A stretch of 58,645 bases of DNA from Clostridia bacterium (lineage in GTDB: Bacteria; Bacillota; Clostridia; Oscillospirales; CAG-272): positions 1-58,645 of the forward strand of contig JAFTQV010000002.1 in NCBI GenBank assembly GCA_017462605.1. The letters are read 5' to 3'. Positions 9,501-18,600 of this stretch are shown in pieces (positions within the stretch are counted from its first letter, which is position 1; every line of letters starts with the position of its first letter). Both the position numbers and the translations under genes were made by a program. The notes beneath the pieces are model-generated. The model made no database searches and had not been told where the DNA came from. It was given only the letters and a program-made list of their open reading frames with translations.

Positions 9501-12500
9501 CGGCATCTATCGTTCTCGGCGCAAGAGACGATGCTTACAAGGCGGATACCGAGGGCAAGCCCTTCACTATCGGAGCAACAGGCTATGACAGCTTTGCAAA
9601 GGCTCTTTCCGCAGCGAAGAGCGGCAATACCGTCAAGCTTAATAAGAACTACACCATGACCTCGAGCGATAACTTCTCGAACTGGACAGCTCTTGGAAAT
9701 ATCACAGTCGATCTGAACGGATATAAGCTTTACGCAAACGGCGGTTACTCACCCATCGTGGCAAAGGCTTCATCCAAAACAGTCGCTACCACCAATATCA
9801 CCTTCAAGAACGGAAGCGTTTATCTTTACAATAAGCCTCTCGTTTCTTACGGCGGCTCGAGCGCGGCAGGCGACGGAAAGGTATTCAATATCACCTTCGA
9901 TACCGTCAACGTCCTTAACGCCCCCGGATCAAGACTTTATAACGTTATTTCCGATACCGCGATCGATGCAAGCTCGGGCGCAGACGTCAACATCGCCTTC
10001 CTTAATTCAAATATCGATTTCAGAGTCGGAATGAATACAAGGCACGTTATGACCGTCTTCCCGATAGGAGAGGGAGCTCTTGATCTTTCCTACACAATAA
10101 CGGGCGGAAGCGTTTATCTTGACACTACCGCAAATCTCGACATCTTTACGTCTATAAAGAAGCTTGAGCTTCTTAAGACCTCAGGCGGCGCTTATACTAC
10201 CTTCTCAATTCCCGCGTCTGTGAACGTTGCGGATCTCGCGATCATGAGAGATGACGGAATCGCTACCTTCAAGAATAGCGGTGAAGCGAGCGGAATAGTT
10301 ACTTACACCACAGATAAGAGTCCTCTTTCGACCAAGTACGGAATTATCCCCGAGGCATACGCCGATGCCCAGGCTTATCCCTTCGTTCTCTTTGACGAGA
10401 AGGGAACCTTCAAGGGCGCGTATAACTGCTGGATAGGAAACAGCGACAACGGCGCGGGCGGCGTTTTCGGAGCGGCTAAGAATTACGTTGTCAACCCCTG
10501 GGACGGCGCATCCTACGGATATAACCCCAAGGAAGCATTCATCGTTATGCGCCGCAACTATACCTTTGACGCAACGAAGGACGTAAGATTCGTCAACCTT
10601 GCTCAGCTTCAGGGTACTATCAACGTGGATCTCGGCGGATTTACTCTTTCCGCAGGCAGCGTTGCATATCCTATAATCCCCGCATTCTCCAAGGGCTTCA
10701 GCGGCTCGGCGAGCGGTATTCACGTATTCCCCTCAACGATCGTCGTCAACAACGGTACTCTTCTTAACTACAAGAGCGGTACGGTTGCGATGAGCACCTG
10801 GGATTCAGCGCCTGATTTCACTATTGCAAATAAGCACTTCAACTTCATCTTCAACGGCGTTACCTTCGGATTTACCAACCCCAGAGATTGCCAGGGTCTC
10901 GTTGCTCACTCATGGGGAGAGACCGGCACTCCCGGCGCGGCAGCTCCCTTCAACTTCACTTACAACGACTGTACCTTTGATCTCACGACCGCGAGCGGAA
11001 ATTCAACGATCTTTTCTCTCAGCGGCGTTGCAAACAACTATATCAAGCTCACCGCAGTCGTCAACGGCGGTAAGATCCTTGCGACCGATCCCTCGAAGGT
11101 TACCGTTATAGACGGTACTACATCTGAGGCTACCTACGGCTCATCCGTTTCCTTCGGCAAGGGCTCGGACGGAAAGATGACCTATTACTCCGTTCCGAAC
11201 ACCGCGTCCGTCAGCATCGGAAGCTACAACGGCACAGACGGAAAGATCCTCGGCTTCGTTGAGAGCGGAGCAGAGGGAAGCAATAAGATCTATACACTTG
11301 TTGATAACCCGCTTGTCACAAAATACGGCACTATCTCTTCAACCTACGAGGATGCCGAGAAATACCCCTTCGCGGTATTCACAGATACGGGAACGTTCCG
11401 AGGCGGATTCTCACTCTTATCAACTGCGGCTCACAACGCAAAGGGCTATTCAAACGCAAGCAATAAAACCGCGATAATCTTTTTGAGAAGAGATTATACG
11501 ACGGTAGTCAACAACTATAACGACTCCCCTCAAGGCGACGCATATGATAACTGGGCGCAGGTAAAGGGCACTGTGGTCATAGATCTTAACGATCATACCA
11601 TTACTCAGGGAGACAGCGCATCCGGTATATTCGCGATAGTCAACTCCAAGGGTATGGACGGAACGACATTCCCCTCAAACTACGTTGTTAAAAACGGTAC
11701 TCTTCTTGCAGGCTCAAATCCCATTCTCAGAGCAAGAATGTGGACTACAAATCAGTCGGACGGCACAACGCCCGTTGATATATCCAAGAAGCTCTTTACC
11801 TGGGATTTCAACAATGTGACCTTCGGATTCAAGTCAGGCGCAACAACAAGCAATCTTTTGCTTGGCTACGAGAGCCCTCAGGTAACGAGCAACCCCAAGG
11901 CAGCGCCCTTCTTCTTCAACTACAACGACTGTACGTTTGATATGACGAACGCTCCTTCGGGCGCGAAGCTCTTCAATGCAAACGCGGCTGATTCAACCAT
12001 GATCACCTCTACGGTGACGGTAACGGGCGGCGAGATCAAAAACGCAGCCTCGCTCAGCCTTGCTCAGCTTTACTCACTTAATTCGACTAATACCAACGGC
12101 TCATCCGTCACCTTCAAGAAGAACGCGGACGGCGACTACACGAAGATCTACGTTACCGAAGGCGGAGCTGCTCCCTCGGGAGACGTTCCTACCGAAGACG
12201 GCGCTCTTATCTACGTCAAGACCGCAACAGACAGCGGATACGTGCTTTACACTCTTACAAATCTTACCACAAAGTACGGCGCGATCCCCGCTGACAAGGC
12301 TTCCATTCAGGATTATCCCTTCATTCTTTTCAAGAAGGTTGGAGAAACTTATACGTATTACGGTGCATACAAGCTTCTCTACGGAGATCAGGATTATACC
12401 AACGGCGTAATAGGTCAGGCAGTCGGACTCCTTAAGAACAACTCCTACAACGGAGAATCCTGGGCAGACGGCGCATGCGATGCTATCATACTTCTTCGCC

Positions 12501-14947
12501 GCGACTATACTTTGAGCTCGAATGAACGTTTTGACAATCTCGCTCACCTCAAAGGAAACATCACAATAGATCTTGGCGGAAATTCACTTTATGAAAGCAC
12601 AACAAAAACCGGCACGGCAGCAACCAGAAAAGCTTCGCTCTTCCATTCGATATCCAAGCGATTTGCCACAGATGTCGGAAATATGGTATTCCCCACTAAT
12701 TTCACTGTTGAAAACGGTTCGATCTACGTATACGGCTCAAGCGTACTTCATATGGAGTCCTGGCAGTGCTTAGATGAATACGGAATAATATCAGATAAGA
12801 AGTTCACTTGGAATTTCAATAACGTCACCTTCGGCTTGCAAAAAGGCGCTACCGCGCAGTCTCTGGTGACAGGATCGTTCGTTAAATATTCTTCAAACGT
12901 AGCAGGAAAGGGCGCAACGCCTTTTGGAATTACACTTAATAACTGTGTATTTGATCTCAAAACAGTTGCTCCCACCTCAGAGTTCACAATTTTAGGCAAC
13001 AACTTCGAACCCGATTGCTACATGACTCTTGATATATCTGTAAACGGAGGAAAGGTCCTCGCTAATTCGCTTACGAATATCCGTATCTACGATCTTAACA
13101 GTGAGGTTGGCTCGATCTGCTTTAACGCCTTAGGCGATGAAGCTCTGAAGCTTGAAATAAACAGCGGAGCAGCTTATCCTTCATATGATCCTTGCTTCTA
13201 TGACAAGGACGGTAAGGAATATACCTTCCTCTACTCTAAAGCAGAGAGCGGCTCAGACGTTTACGAGCTTGCGCTTTCCATAGCTACCAAGTACGGTAAT
13301 ATCCCCGCAAGATACGCATCGGAAGAAACCTATCCTCTCGTTGTATTCCTTGACGGAAAGTTTGTTTTTGCAACCGATAAGATCGGTGTTGATGCCAAGG
13401 ACAGCGCATTCCACAGAGCGAAGACAAACGGCTCGGTCATCCTTCTTCGCCGCAATTACACCTTCACAGGACCTAAGTACCAGAACTTAAGCCAGACGAA
13501 CGGCGCTATAACCTTCGACCTTGGCGGCTTCACTATCTCCTGCGAGCAGACGGGTGATTATCCTCTCTTCTTTGCGCAGAAGAAGACTACGTACGATTCG
13601 ACTGTCACCGTCATCAACGGAACTATCCTTACCGCTAAGAACCCGATTGTAACCTTCTCTGCATGGGCGGGCTCAAGCGGCTCTTACACAGGCGGAAAGC
13701 AGTTCAATATCAACTTTGAAGACGTTACGCTCGGCGCGGTTGCAGGCACGAAGCCTGCGGTCCTCATAGCGTCCGCAAGCGAAAACCTCAGCGAGCCGAA
13801 GACTCCCTGTGCGCTTACCCTTACCGACTGCACCATAGATCTTACGGGTCTTACGGATACGACGGTATTTAATATCAAGGATGCAAGCAGCATCATCTGC
13901 GTTGCTCTTACAGTAAACGGCGGAAAGATCATAGGAGACGACGTTTCAGCTATAAGCTTCGCTCTCACCGCAGGCGAAAGCACAGCTCTCTTCGATACCG
14001 CGATTAAGCTTTACGCAAAGGCAGGCACAAACGCTATATTCACTACCGCAGAGGGCAGATACGCATTCAATCCCCAAGGCACCGAGGGTGAATACACCGT
14101 ATACGAGCTTATCCCCGAGGCATACGCGACCTTCGTTCCCAAGACGAGCGTTACACTCTGGTCTGATTTCGTTTACAATATCTATCTTCCCGTAAGAGAC
14201 GGTATAACAGCTATCAACGTTGGCTCTGAGAGCTACACGGCAAGCGAGCTGCCCACCGAGACAATCAGCGGCACAAGCTACTACAAGATAGCATACGCTA
14301 TCAACGTTATGAGGGCTGCCGAAAGCTTTGAGCTTAAGGTAACTCTTGGAGATAGAAGCGCTTCCTGGACTCTCGGCATCCCGAGCTACGCTAAGACCGT
14401 TATTGACGGCGAGGCTTACTCTGCCGAGGAAAAGGCTCTTATGAAGGATATGCTCTCATACATCAGAGAGGCTTACTCCTACTTTAATATCACCTCTGAC
14501 GCCATCGCTGATATCAACGCGATAATTCCCGAGAGCTACGACGAGGAAAGTCTTCCCGATATGACTAAGACCCAGAAGACGCCCGAAGGATCCGGATTCA
14601 AGAACGTTACTCTTAATCTCGGAGAGACTCCCGCATACAGATTCTACTATGAGGGTGAAACCGCTCCTGCTTATACCTTCACGGTAGGCGGTGTTGAGAT
14701 CGCACCCGAAAGCGGTACAGACTCCAACGGTAAGTATCTTGAGGTTAAGGTTTACGCGTATATGATGCTCCTTGACGTAAGCTTTGGCGCGGAAGGGGAA
14801 GAACCCTTTGTATACAACGTTTATTCCTACTACAACTGGGCAAGCGCGAATGGCGAGACCAAAGCGGCAGAGCTTGTTGAAAGGCTTGTTAAATACTGCG
14901 AATCAGCAAATGCTTACAGAAATACAATGATACCCGAAACAAATTAA
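6521..14947 (+). CDS. Giant secreted protein 1 (2808 aa): alpha/beta-hydrolase, Ig-like, CBM-like, 4 long repeats, conserved C-terminal domain
   Basis: AAGGA RBS; Sec signal peptide ending VFA; GVFGNSKGG at 7796-7813; Ig-like ITLKFS..WTFSP..L.PG.EYTITVP; TKYG repeats at 10331, 11318, 12269 and 13286. Confidence 0.9.
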   Translation: MKKNFNKKLIASLLCVLTVIVSVLTVTVFADTPTDAMTAIKAEFEAEGKNLLVGSKVSVSDDGYIGIPVELTTYYDFATHGAAKAGYNGTPLMIYVVNTGVERIGAKTDVEIIKGMLDDGYIVAVLDYKNHAKAVSPDLDWSTQTIRKNIMNSKYFKDTSKVPSGTYYSNYIVPAGYDVSIRNVFWEADKHGADGTLEKIVENWNTDLRGWFSSSVRSKKTYVYWLDNENKPKSTQKGFDGTDPVWYADAEGKTVASPDTDSDNDGVPDGKYVHIQHTLAVDITDCVGKDGTPIDLNLYMDIVYPTTKEGSEIDPVPIAVLANSSEYLSTASTGSGLRPQHNGFLFNGYAGASFDYLYQPMAQSDYYGYYDGRTDQGALTGDRMNYGLHLYNDKRINTAAMRYLRYLALTDPDTYSFDITSIGVFGNSKGGWFSYLGEEIVKNPATPTEGQTLAEAIDAKINSYTSKRMFEGSNGETRYEMGRETYTKRGVTIDGGELQPWLTYTKDGVEYEIPSYASWTYASNGSQPEDVSKGHSPMFIALHLQDDFSTYANAFAEVAGNLKDVPSYYVVVDLGHTFAYGPDWYHGFDTYQAMFDFAGYYLKGDAVKVVYITPINATGNVSTTKGITLKFSGAVPASEIEKVKITAKSGAAATGSWDYVAGMTEWTFSPNALIPGEEYTITVPADIKGDNNKAMGAAYTATFYTEAETVADVTTVTTEKGTYLTFTAPSLASASDARVRFKVDNDAANIAGLYAVSNFDASNPDAATVGAKIGTVNLKGGGYYEIDASSVISAASGSELTLLFKAEKAESENTKTASLSSISLGAYARKNDETTAPDGVTAAIGLYVNENIRLNGQNQYPYDVFYNNGTTLFTASNLFTSSAITTADYGRKFTVSMRVYDTVSRLIQLSLTPAYTATNGVHDFDVERHNFKTVAGEWTTLTFDYVVYEPSYGDKALAKKALTVLLGTTGASEKPVYIESIKVTETVTDMSVSSASIVLGARDDAYKADTEGKPFTIGATGYDSFAKALSAAKSGNTVKLNKNYTMTSSDNFSNWTALGNITVDLNGYKLYANGGYSPIVAKASSKTVATTNITFKNGSVYLYNKPLVSYGGSSAAGDGKVFNITFDTVNVLNAPGSRLYNVISDTAIDASSGADVNIAFLNSNIDFRVGMNTRHVMTVFPIGEGALDLSYTITGGSVYLDTTANLDIFTSIKKLELLKTSGGAYTTFSIPASVNVADLAIMRDDGIATFKNSGEASGIVTYTTDKSPLSTKYGIIPEAYADAQAYPFVLFDEKGTFKGAYNCWIGNSDNGAGGVFGAAKNYVVNPWDGASYGYNPKEAFIVMRRNYTFDATKDVRFVNLAQLQGTINVDLGGFTLSAGSVAYPIIPAFSKGFSGSASGIHVFPSTIVVNNGTLLNYKSGTVAMSTWDSAPDFTIANKHFNFIFNGVTFGFTNPRDCQGLVAHSWGETGTPGAAAPFNFTYNDCTFDLTTASGNSTIFSLSGVANNYIKLTAVVNGGKILATDPSKVTVIDGTTSEATYGSSVSFGKGSDGKMTYYSVPNTASVSIGSYNGTDGKILGFVESGAEGSNKIYTLVDNPLVTKYGTISSTYEDAEKYPFAVFTDTGTFRGGFSLLSTAAHNAKGYSNASNKTAIIFLRRDYTTVVNNYNDSPQGDAYDNWAQVKGTVVIDLNDHTITQGDSASGIFAIVNSKGMDGTTFPSNYVVKNGTLLAGSNPILRARMWTTNQSDGTTPVDISKKLFTWDFNNVTFGFKSGATTSNLLLGYESPQVTSNPKAAPFFFNYNDCTFDMTNAPSGAKLFNANAADSTMITSTVTVTGGEIKNAASLSLAQLYSLNSTNTNGSSVTFKKNADGDYTKIYVTEGGAAPSGDVPTEDGALIYVKTATDSGYVLYTLTNLTTKYGAIPADKASIQDYPFILFKKVGETYTYYGAYKLLYGDQDYTNGVIGQAVGLLKNNSYNGESWADGACDAIILLRRDYTLSSNERFDNLAHLKGNITIDLGGNSLYESTTKTGTAATRKASLFHSISKRFATDVGNMVFPTNFTVENGSIYVYGSSVLHMESWQCLDEYGIISDKKFTWNFNNVTFGLQKGATAQSLVTGSFVKYSSNVAGKGATPFGITLNNCVFDLKTVAPTSEFTILGNNFEPDCYMTLDISVNGGKVLANSLTNIRIYDLNSEVGSICFNALGDEALKLEINSGAAYPSYDPCFYDKDGKEYTFLYSKAESGSDVYELALSIATKYGNIPARYASEETYPLVVFLDGKFVFATDKIGVDAKDSAFHRAKTNGSVILLRRNYTFTGPKYQNLSQTNGAITFDLGGFTISCEQTGDYPLFFAQKKTTYDSTVTVINGTILTAKNPIVTFSAWAGSSGSYTGGKQFNINFEDVTLGAVAGTKPAVLIASASENLSEPKTPCALTLTDCTIDLTGLTDTTVFNIKDASSIICVALTVNGGKIIGDDVSAISFALTAGESTALFDTAIKLYAKAGTNAIFTTAEGRYAFNPQGTEGEYTVYELIPEAYATFVPKTSVTLWSDFVYNIYLPVRDGITAINVGSESYTASELPTETISGTSYYKIAYAINVMRAAESFELKVTLGDRSASWTLGIPSYAKTVIDGEAYSAEEKALMKDMLSYIREAYSYFNITSDAIADINAIIPESYDEESLPDMTKTQKTPEGSGFKNVTLNLGETPAYRFYYEGETAPAYTFTVGGVEIAPESGTDSNGKYLEVKVYAYMMLLDVSFGAEGEEPFVYNVYSYYNWASANGETKAAELVERLVKYCESANAYRNTMIPETN

Positions 14948-14970
14948 GTTATGACGAAGAAAGGACTGTT

Positions 14971-15129
14971 ATGGAAATAAAGATTTACAATTCTCCTGAA
15001 ATATCCGTTCTCGATCTTAAAAGCGCGGATATCATCACCACGTCAGATATTATCGGTGACGTGACGCTCGGAACCAACACCTCGACCGTTGAATTAAAAG
15101 GCGGCACGTGGGAAACCATAACCGAGTAA
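14971..15129 (+). CDS. 52-aa peptide MEIKIYNSPEISVLDLKSADIITTSDIIGDVTLGTNTSTVELKGGTWETITE
   Basis: Hand-translated and absent from the ORF track. AAAGGA RBS, 23 bp after the giant-gene stop; YxxPEI..L...DIITTS leader-like motif. Confidence 0.75.
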   Translation: MEIKIYNSPEISVLDLKSADIITTSDIIGDVTLGTNTSTVELKGGTWETITE

Positions 15130-15158
15130 AGCTACGTAATTTTGCAGCAATAAATGGA

Positions 15159-15320
15159 GGGCTGCTTCATTTAGGCATAACCCAAAAAGAGCGAAGATTC
15201 CGTCTAAAAAATACGGTTTCTTCGCTCTAATTTTATGCCTTGTTGTTTTTTGAGGTTGAAATTTTGCAAATTTCTTCCTTTTAATGCTCTTTTTGGGTTA
15301 TGACTAAATTAAGCAAGCCC
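15159..15320. mobile_element. MITE-like element with roughly 34-bp terminal inverted repeats
   Basis: gggctgcttcatttaggcataacccaaaaagagc (15159-92) versus the reverse complement of 15286-320, about 3 differences; internal hairpin 15188-228; the first 14 bp recur at 28772. Confidence 0.6.
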
Positions 15321-15321
15321 C

Positions 15322-15410
15322 AAAGGTGTTTCGCACTAAGAATTCAGATTTTTACTTATTTTTGTACGAATGCCTTTATCTATCTGAATTCTTAATGACT
15401 CAGCACCTTT
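15322..15410. mobile_element. Second MITE-like inverted-repeat element
   Basis: aaaggtg...taagaattcagat (15322-49) / atctgaattctta...caccttt (15382-410). Confidence 0.5.
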
Positions 15411-15551
15411 TCATATATCTGAGCGAGGTATATGGACAACCTGCTTTCAGGTCACCTTCGGTGACGTGAAAAAATACACGTCTTTGGGGGTCAGGGGGCA
15501 TTTGGACACCAAATACCCCCTTTTCTCGAGCATCCCTCTCTGATCATAGAT

Positions 15552-15590
15552 AAAAAGAGCAAAGATACCAAATGAGGCATCTTTGCTCTT
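15552..15590 (-). terminator. Terminator of giant protein 2
   Basis: Stem aagagcaaagat/atctttgctctt with an A-tract on the left. Confidence 0.7.
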
Positions 15591-15646
15591 AATACTTATT
15601 CTATTTTAATTTTAAAAATCAGTTATTAATGCGCCGATTTGAAAAA

Positions 15647-18600
15647 TCAAGGATTGGGTGTCTCTTCGCCTGTCTCCGTATCGGTTCCTTCGCCTGCCTC
15701 AGTATCGGGCTCGGGAGCAACGTCAGGGGTTACGTATGCGCTCGCAGACTTAACGTAGCGATAGAACGCCTCAATAACGCCAAGGCTCTTAGCCGACTCC
15801 TCTCTATTTGCGGCATTATCCGCGTGATACTTAACGAAGGTATCAAGGTTATACTCGCCGATAACAGGCTCAGCGCCCTCTACGGTGATCTCAAGGGTTA
15901 CGTTGGTCTCAAAGCTATTAGCGCTAAGAAGTCCAACCTCGATAAATCTCGGGGACTCTGCGGTTACGGTGAAGGTCTCTTCACTTGCTCCTGCAGTTGC
16001 CTTAACCGTTCCAACGAAGTCATCCGCAAGCACGAATACAAACTTAGGATCAGCGGTAATTCTTACCGATGCTCCAACGACTGCCGCGCCGAAGCTTACA
16101 CGGTCAAGCGCGTTTTCATAGTCGTATACGTTAGCATCCTTATATGCAGCATATGCATCATCGGAAACTATTGCAGAAAGGGCAAGATTAGCTGCGCCCT
16201 TAACGTACTTAACAGCCTCATTGACGTAGTCAACTACTGCGTAGACAAGCTTTTTATCCTTAGCCGTGTAGGTATTTGCGGTGTCATCAAGAATAGTCTT
16301 TGCATAAGCGGCGATAGAGAAGCTCTCGGTAAGAATGATCTCTTCGTTACCGTCATTGACCTTGAGAGTAAATACTACGTTCTTTTCAAGCTGATTTGCA
16401 ACGCGGTAGATAGTTGCCTTAACGTAGCTCTCGCTGCCAACGGTCACAGTCTCTGTGGGAAGCTGAGTCTCGCCGTCAAATACTGTGATATTTGTGCTGT
16501 AATTCGAAGGAATGTATATTCCTACTCCGATGTTATCCGAAAGAACAACGTTTGTCTTAACGCCCGTGATCTTAGAGGATACGGTGTAGCCGGGAGTGAT
16601 AGTAACGTTTTCCTGAACGTTGGTGGGAAGCGCACCCCACGTTCCGTCGGGAGTAAGGGTGAAGAGGTTTCCGTCGTATGCCTTAGGAGTGGGCAGATCA
16701 GCCGCGTCAACGTTTCCGCCCTTGATGTAATTCACGGTCTTATCGGCATTGGTACCAAGACCCTTGAAGGTTACGGTAACGATATCGCTCTGGTAAGCGG
16801 TACCGGATTCAAGATAAGGAAGAATTACCTTTTTATTGGTAGCTCTGTTGCTTGAATCGTTAAGCGCGAAGCCTTCGCCGGTATAGCCTGCGTTAGCATA
16901 GAAGTAAGACTGATAAGTGAAGTTACCCGCAGAATCCTTGCCGGTAGGAACCTTTACCTCGATATAATCTTCGGTGGTAAGGAATTCCGAGGGAATAGTC
17001 ATTGCCTGATTCTTCTTAGCGGTAACTATATCGCTCGTGGGAAGATCAACGCCAAGCTGCTCGCAAAGCGCAGCATCATCCGAGTCGATATAGTAGGTAT
17101 CTGAATTACAAGCGAAAATATCGCCTATAACACCGCCGAATACGCGGACTCTATAATTACCGATATTAGAGGGGTTTACGCGTCCGTTGGTAACAACGTT
17201 GTTAAATACAAGGCAAACGCCTGTTCCGTCACCGTTGTTGCCGACGATTCCGCCCTTAGCGCCGGAGCTATGCGCACCCTGATTTATAAGGGTACTGTTC
17301 TCAACGTAGACAAGGGGAGAGAAGGTATAGTTCTCAAAGCCTGAGTTTCTTCCCGAAAGAGGATCATTCATATCCGAGGGCTTGTTGCCGGATGTATAAT
17401 AGCTGAGCATATTGATTATCTGGCTATCTTTTTCGGAAGTGGTTCTCGGGCAGATGATAGTGGAGTTCTTTATAGTAATCGTTCCGTCGAAGCATCTCGT
17501 AAGAATTGCTCCTTTTGATTCTTCAACGCTCTTTATACCGAGAACGCCATCCATAGTCATAAATACGGAGTTATCTCCCGAGCGGCCCTCAAGAAGGACC
17601 GATCCGCTGAGAGTGAGGTTGCTTCCGGGAACAACTGTTCCGTCATCCTTTACAAACTTACCTATTGAAAGATATGCGTTGTACGCACTTTTTCTTCCTT
17701 CAACAGTCTCCGCATCTCCAAATGCGCAGAAGAGTCTTTGCGCTCTAATCTTATTTTCAGAGGTATTGTAATTATATCCTTCTATCGTCGCGCCGGGCTT
17801 AGAAGAATAGAAGCTGATGTCAACGTTTGACTTGATCACGGCTATATTATAGCCGCTCTTAAGGTTAAGTATCGAATTTCCGTTCAGGTCAACCGCGATC
17901 TTGACTGCTTTCTCCTTCATCTTTGCGATCTCTTCATCGGTATAATCGCCATCAATCGTTACACCGTTAACAGTCTTAACTCCACCGCTTTCGGATACCA
18001 TATAGGTAAAGTTGAAGGTCTTTGTTCCGTTAAGGTTAAGATCCTTAAGAAGCACGAGAGTATCACCGCTGTTAAGCTGAGTATACGCAGTGTAGCTCTC
18101 GGTATTGCTTGCCTGAACGCTCTCTATCGCGCCGTTATTTCTTACGTAAGAGGTAAGAGAATCGTCAACGCCGAGCGCGGGAGCATAGAATGCGCCGACT
18201 ACCTTATAGGCATTATAGTAATCAAGAGTGAGAGGAGAAATCTCCATTCCCTCGGTCACAGTACCGTTATTGGTATCAAACCATCCGGTCTGGCGCTCGA
18301 TCACGCCATATTCCTTCTCGGTATATATCGACGTAAACTCCTTGGGAGCAACGGGGGTCTCGCCGATCTTGACTTGGGTCTTGACTACGTAAGCGGGATC
18401 ATTCCAGGGGAAGGTAAGATTAGTTACCTCAGTATTGGTGGGATCCATGAGATTATTAAGCATGGTAAGATCGTCATTGACGTACCAATAGTAATCAAGA
18501 GTCTGATTATTGCTTTCCTTAAAGGTATAGGAAACTATCTCGCCGTTAAGATAATTCGGGTTTCCTCTCCAGGAGCCCTCGGTAAGAGCTAAGCTATAAC

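Noticed and set aside
6521-14947. Cellulosome scaffoldin, sortase substrate or polymorphic toxin
   Set aside because: No cohesin or dockerin duplications, no LPXTG plus TM tail, no SLH or RHS/YD motifs; the C-terminus is conserved rather than variable.
15629-16855. 408-aa plus-strand ORF and similar long antisense ORFs (34295-35257, 50404-51273, 54679-55686)
   Set aside because: Shadows of strongly codon-biased genes on the opposite strand; no RBS or recognisable motifs.
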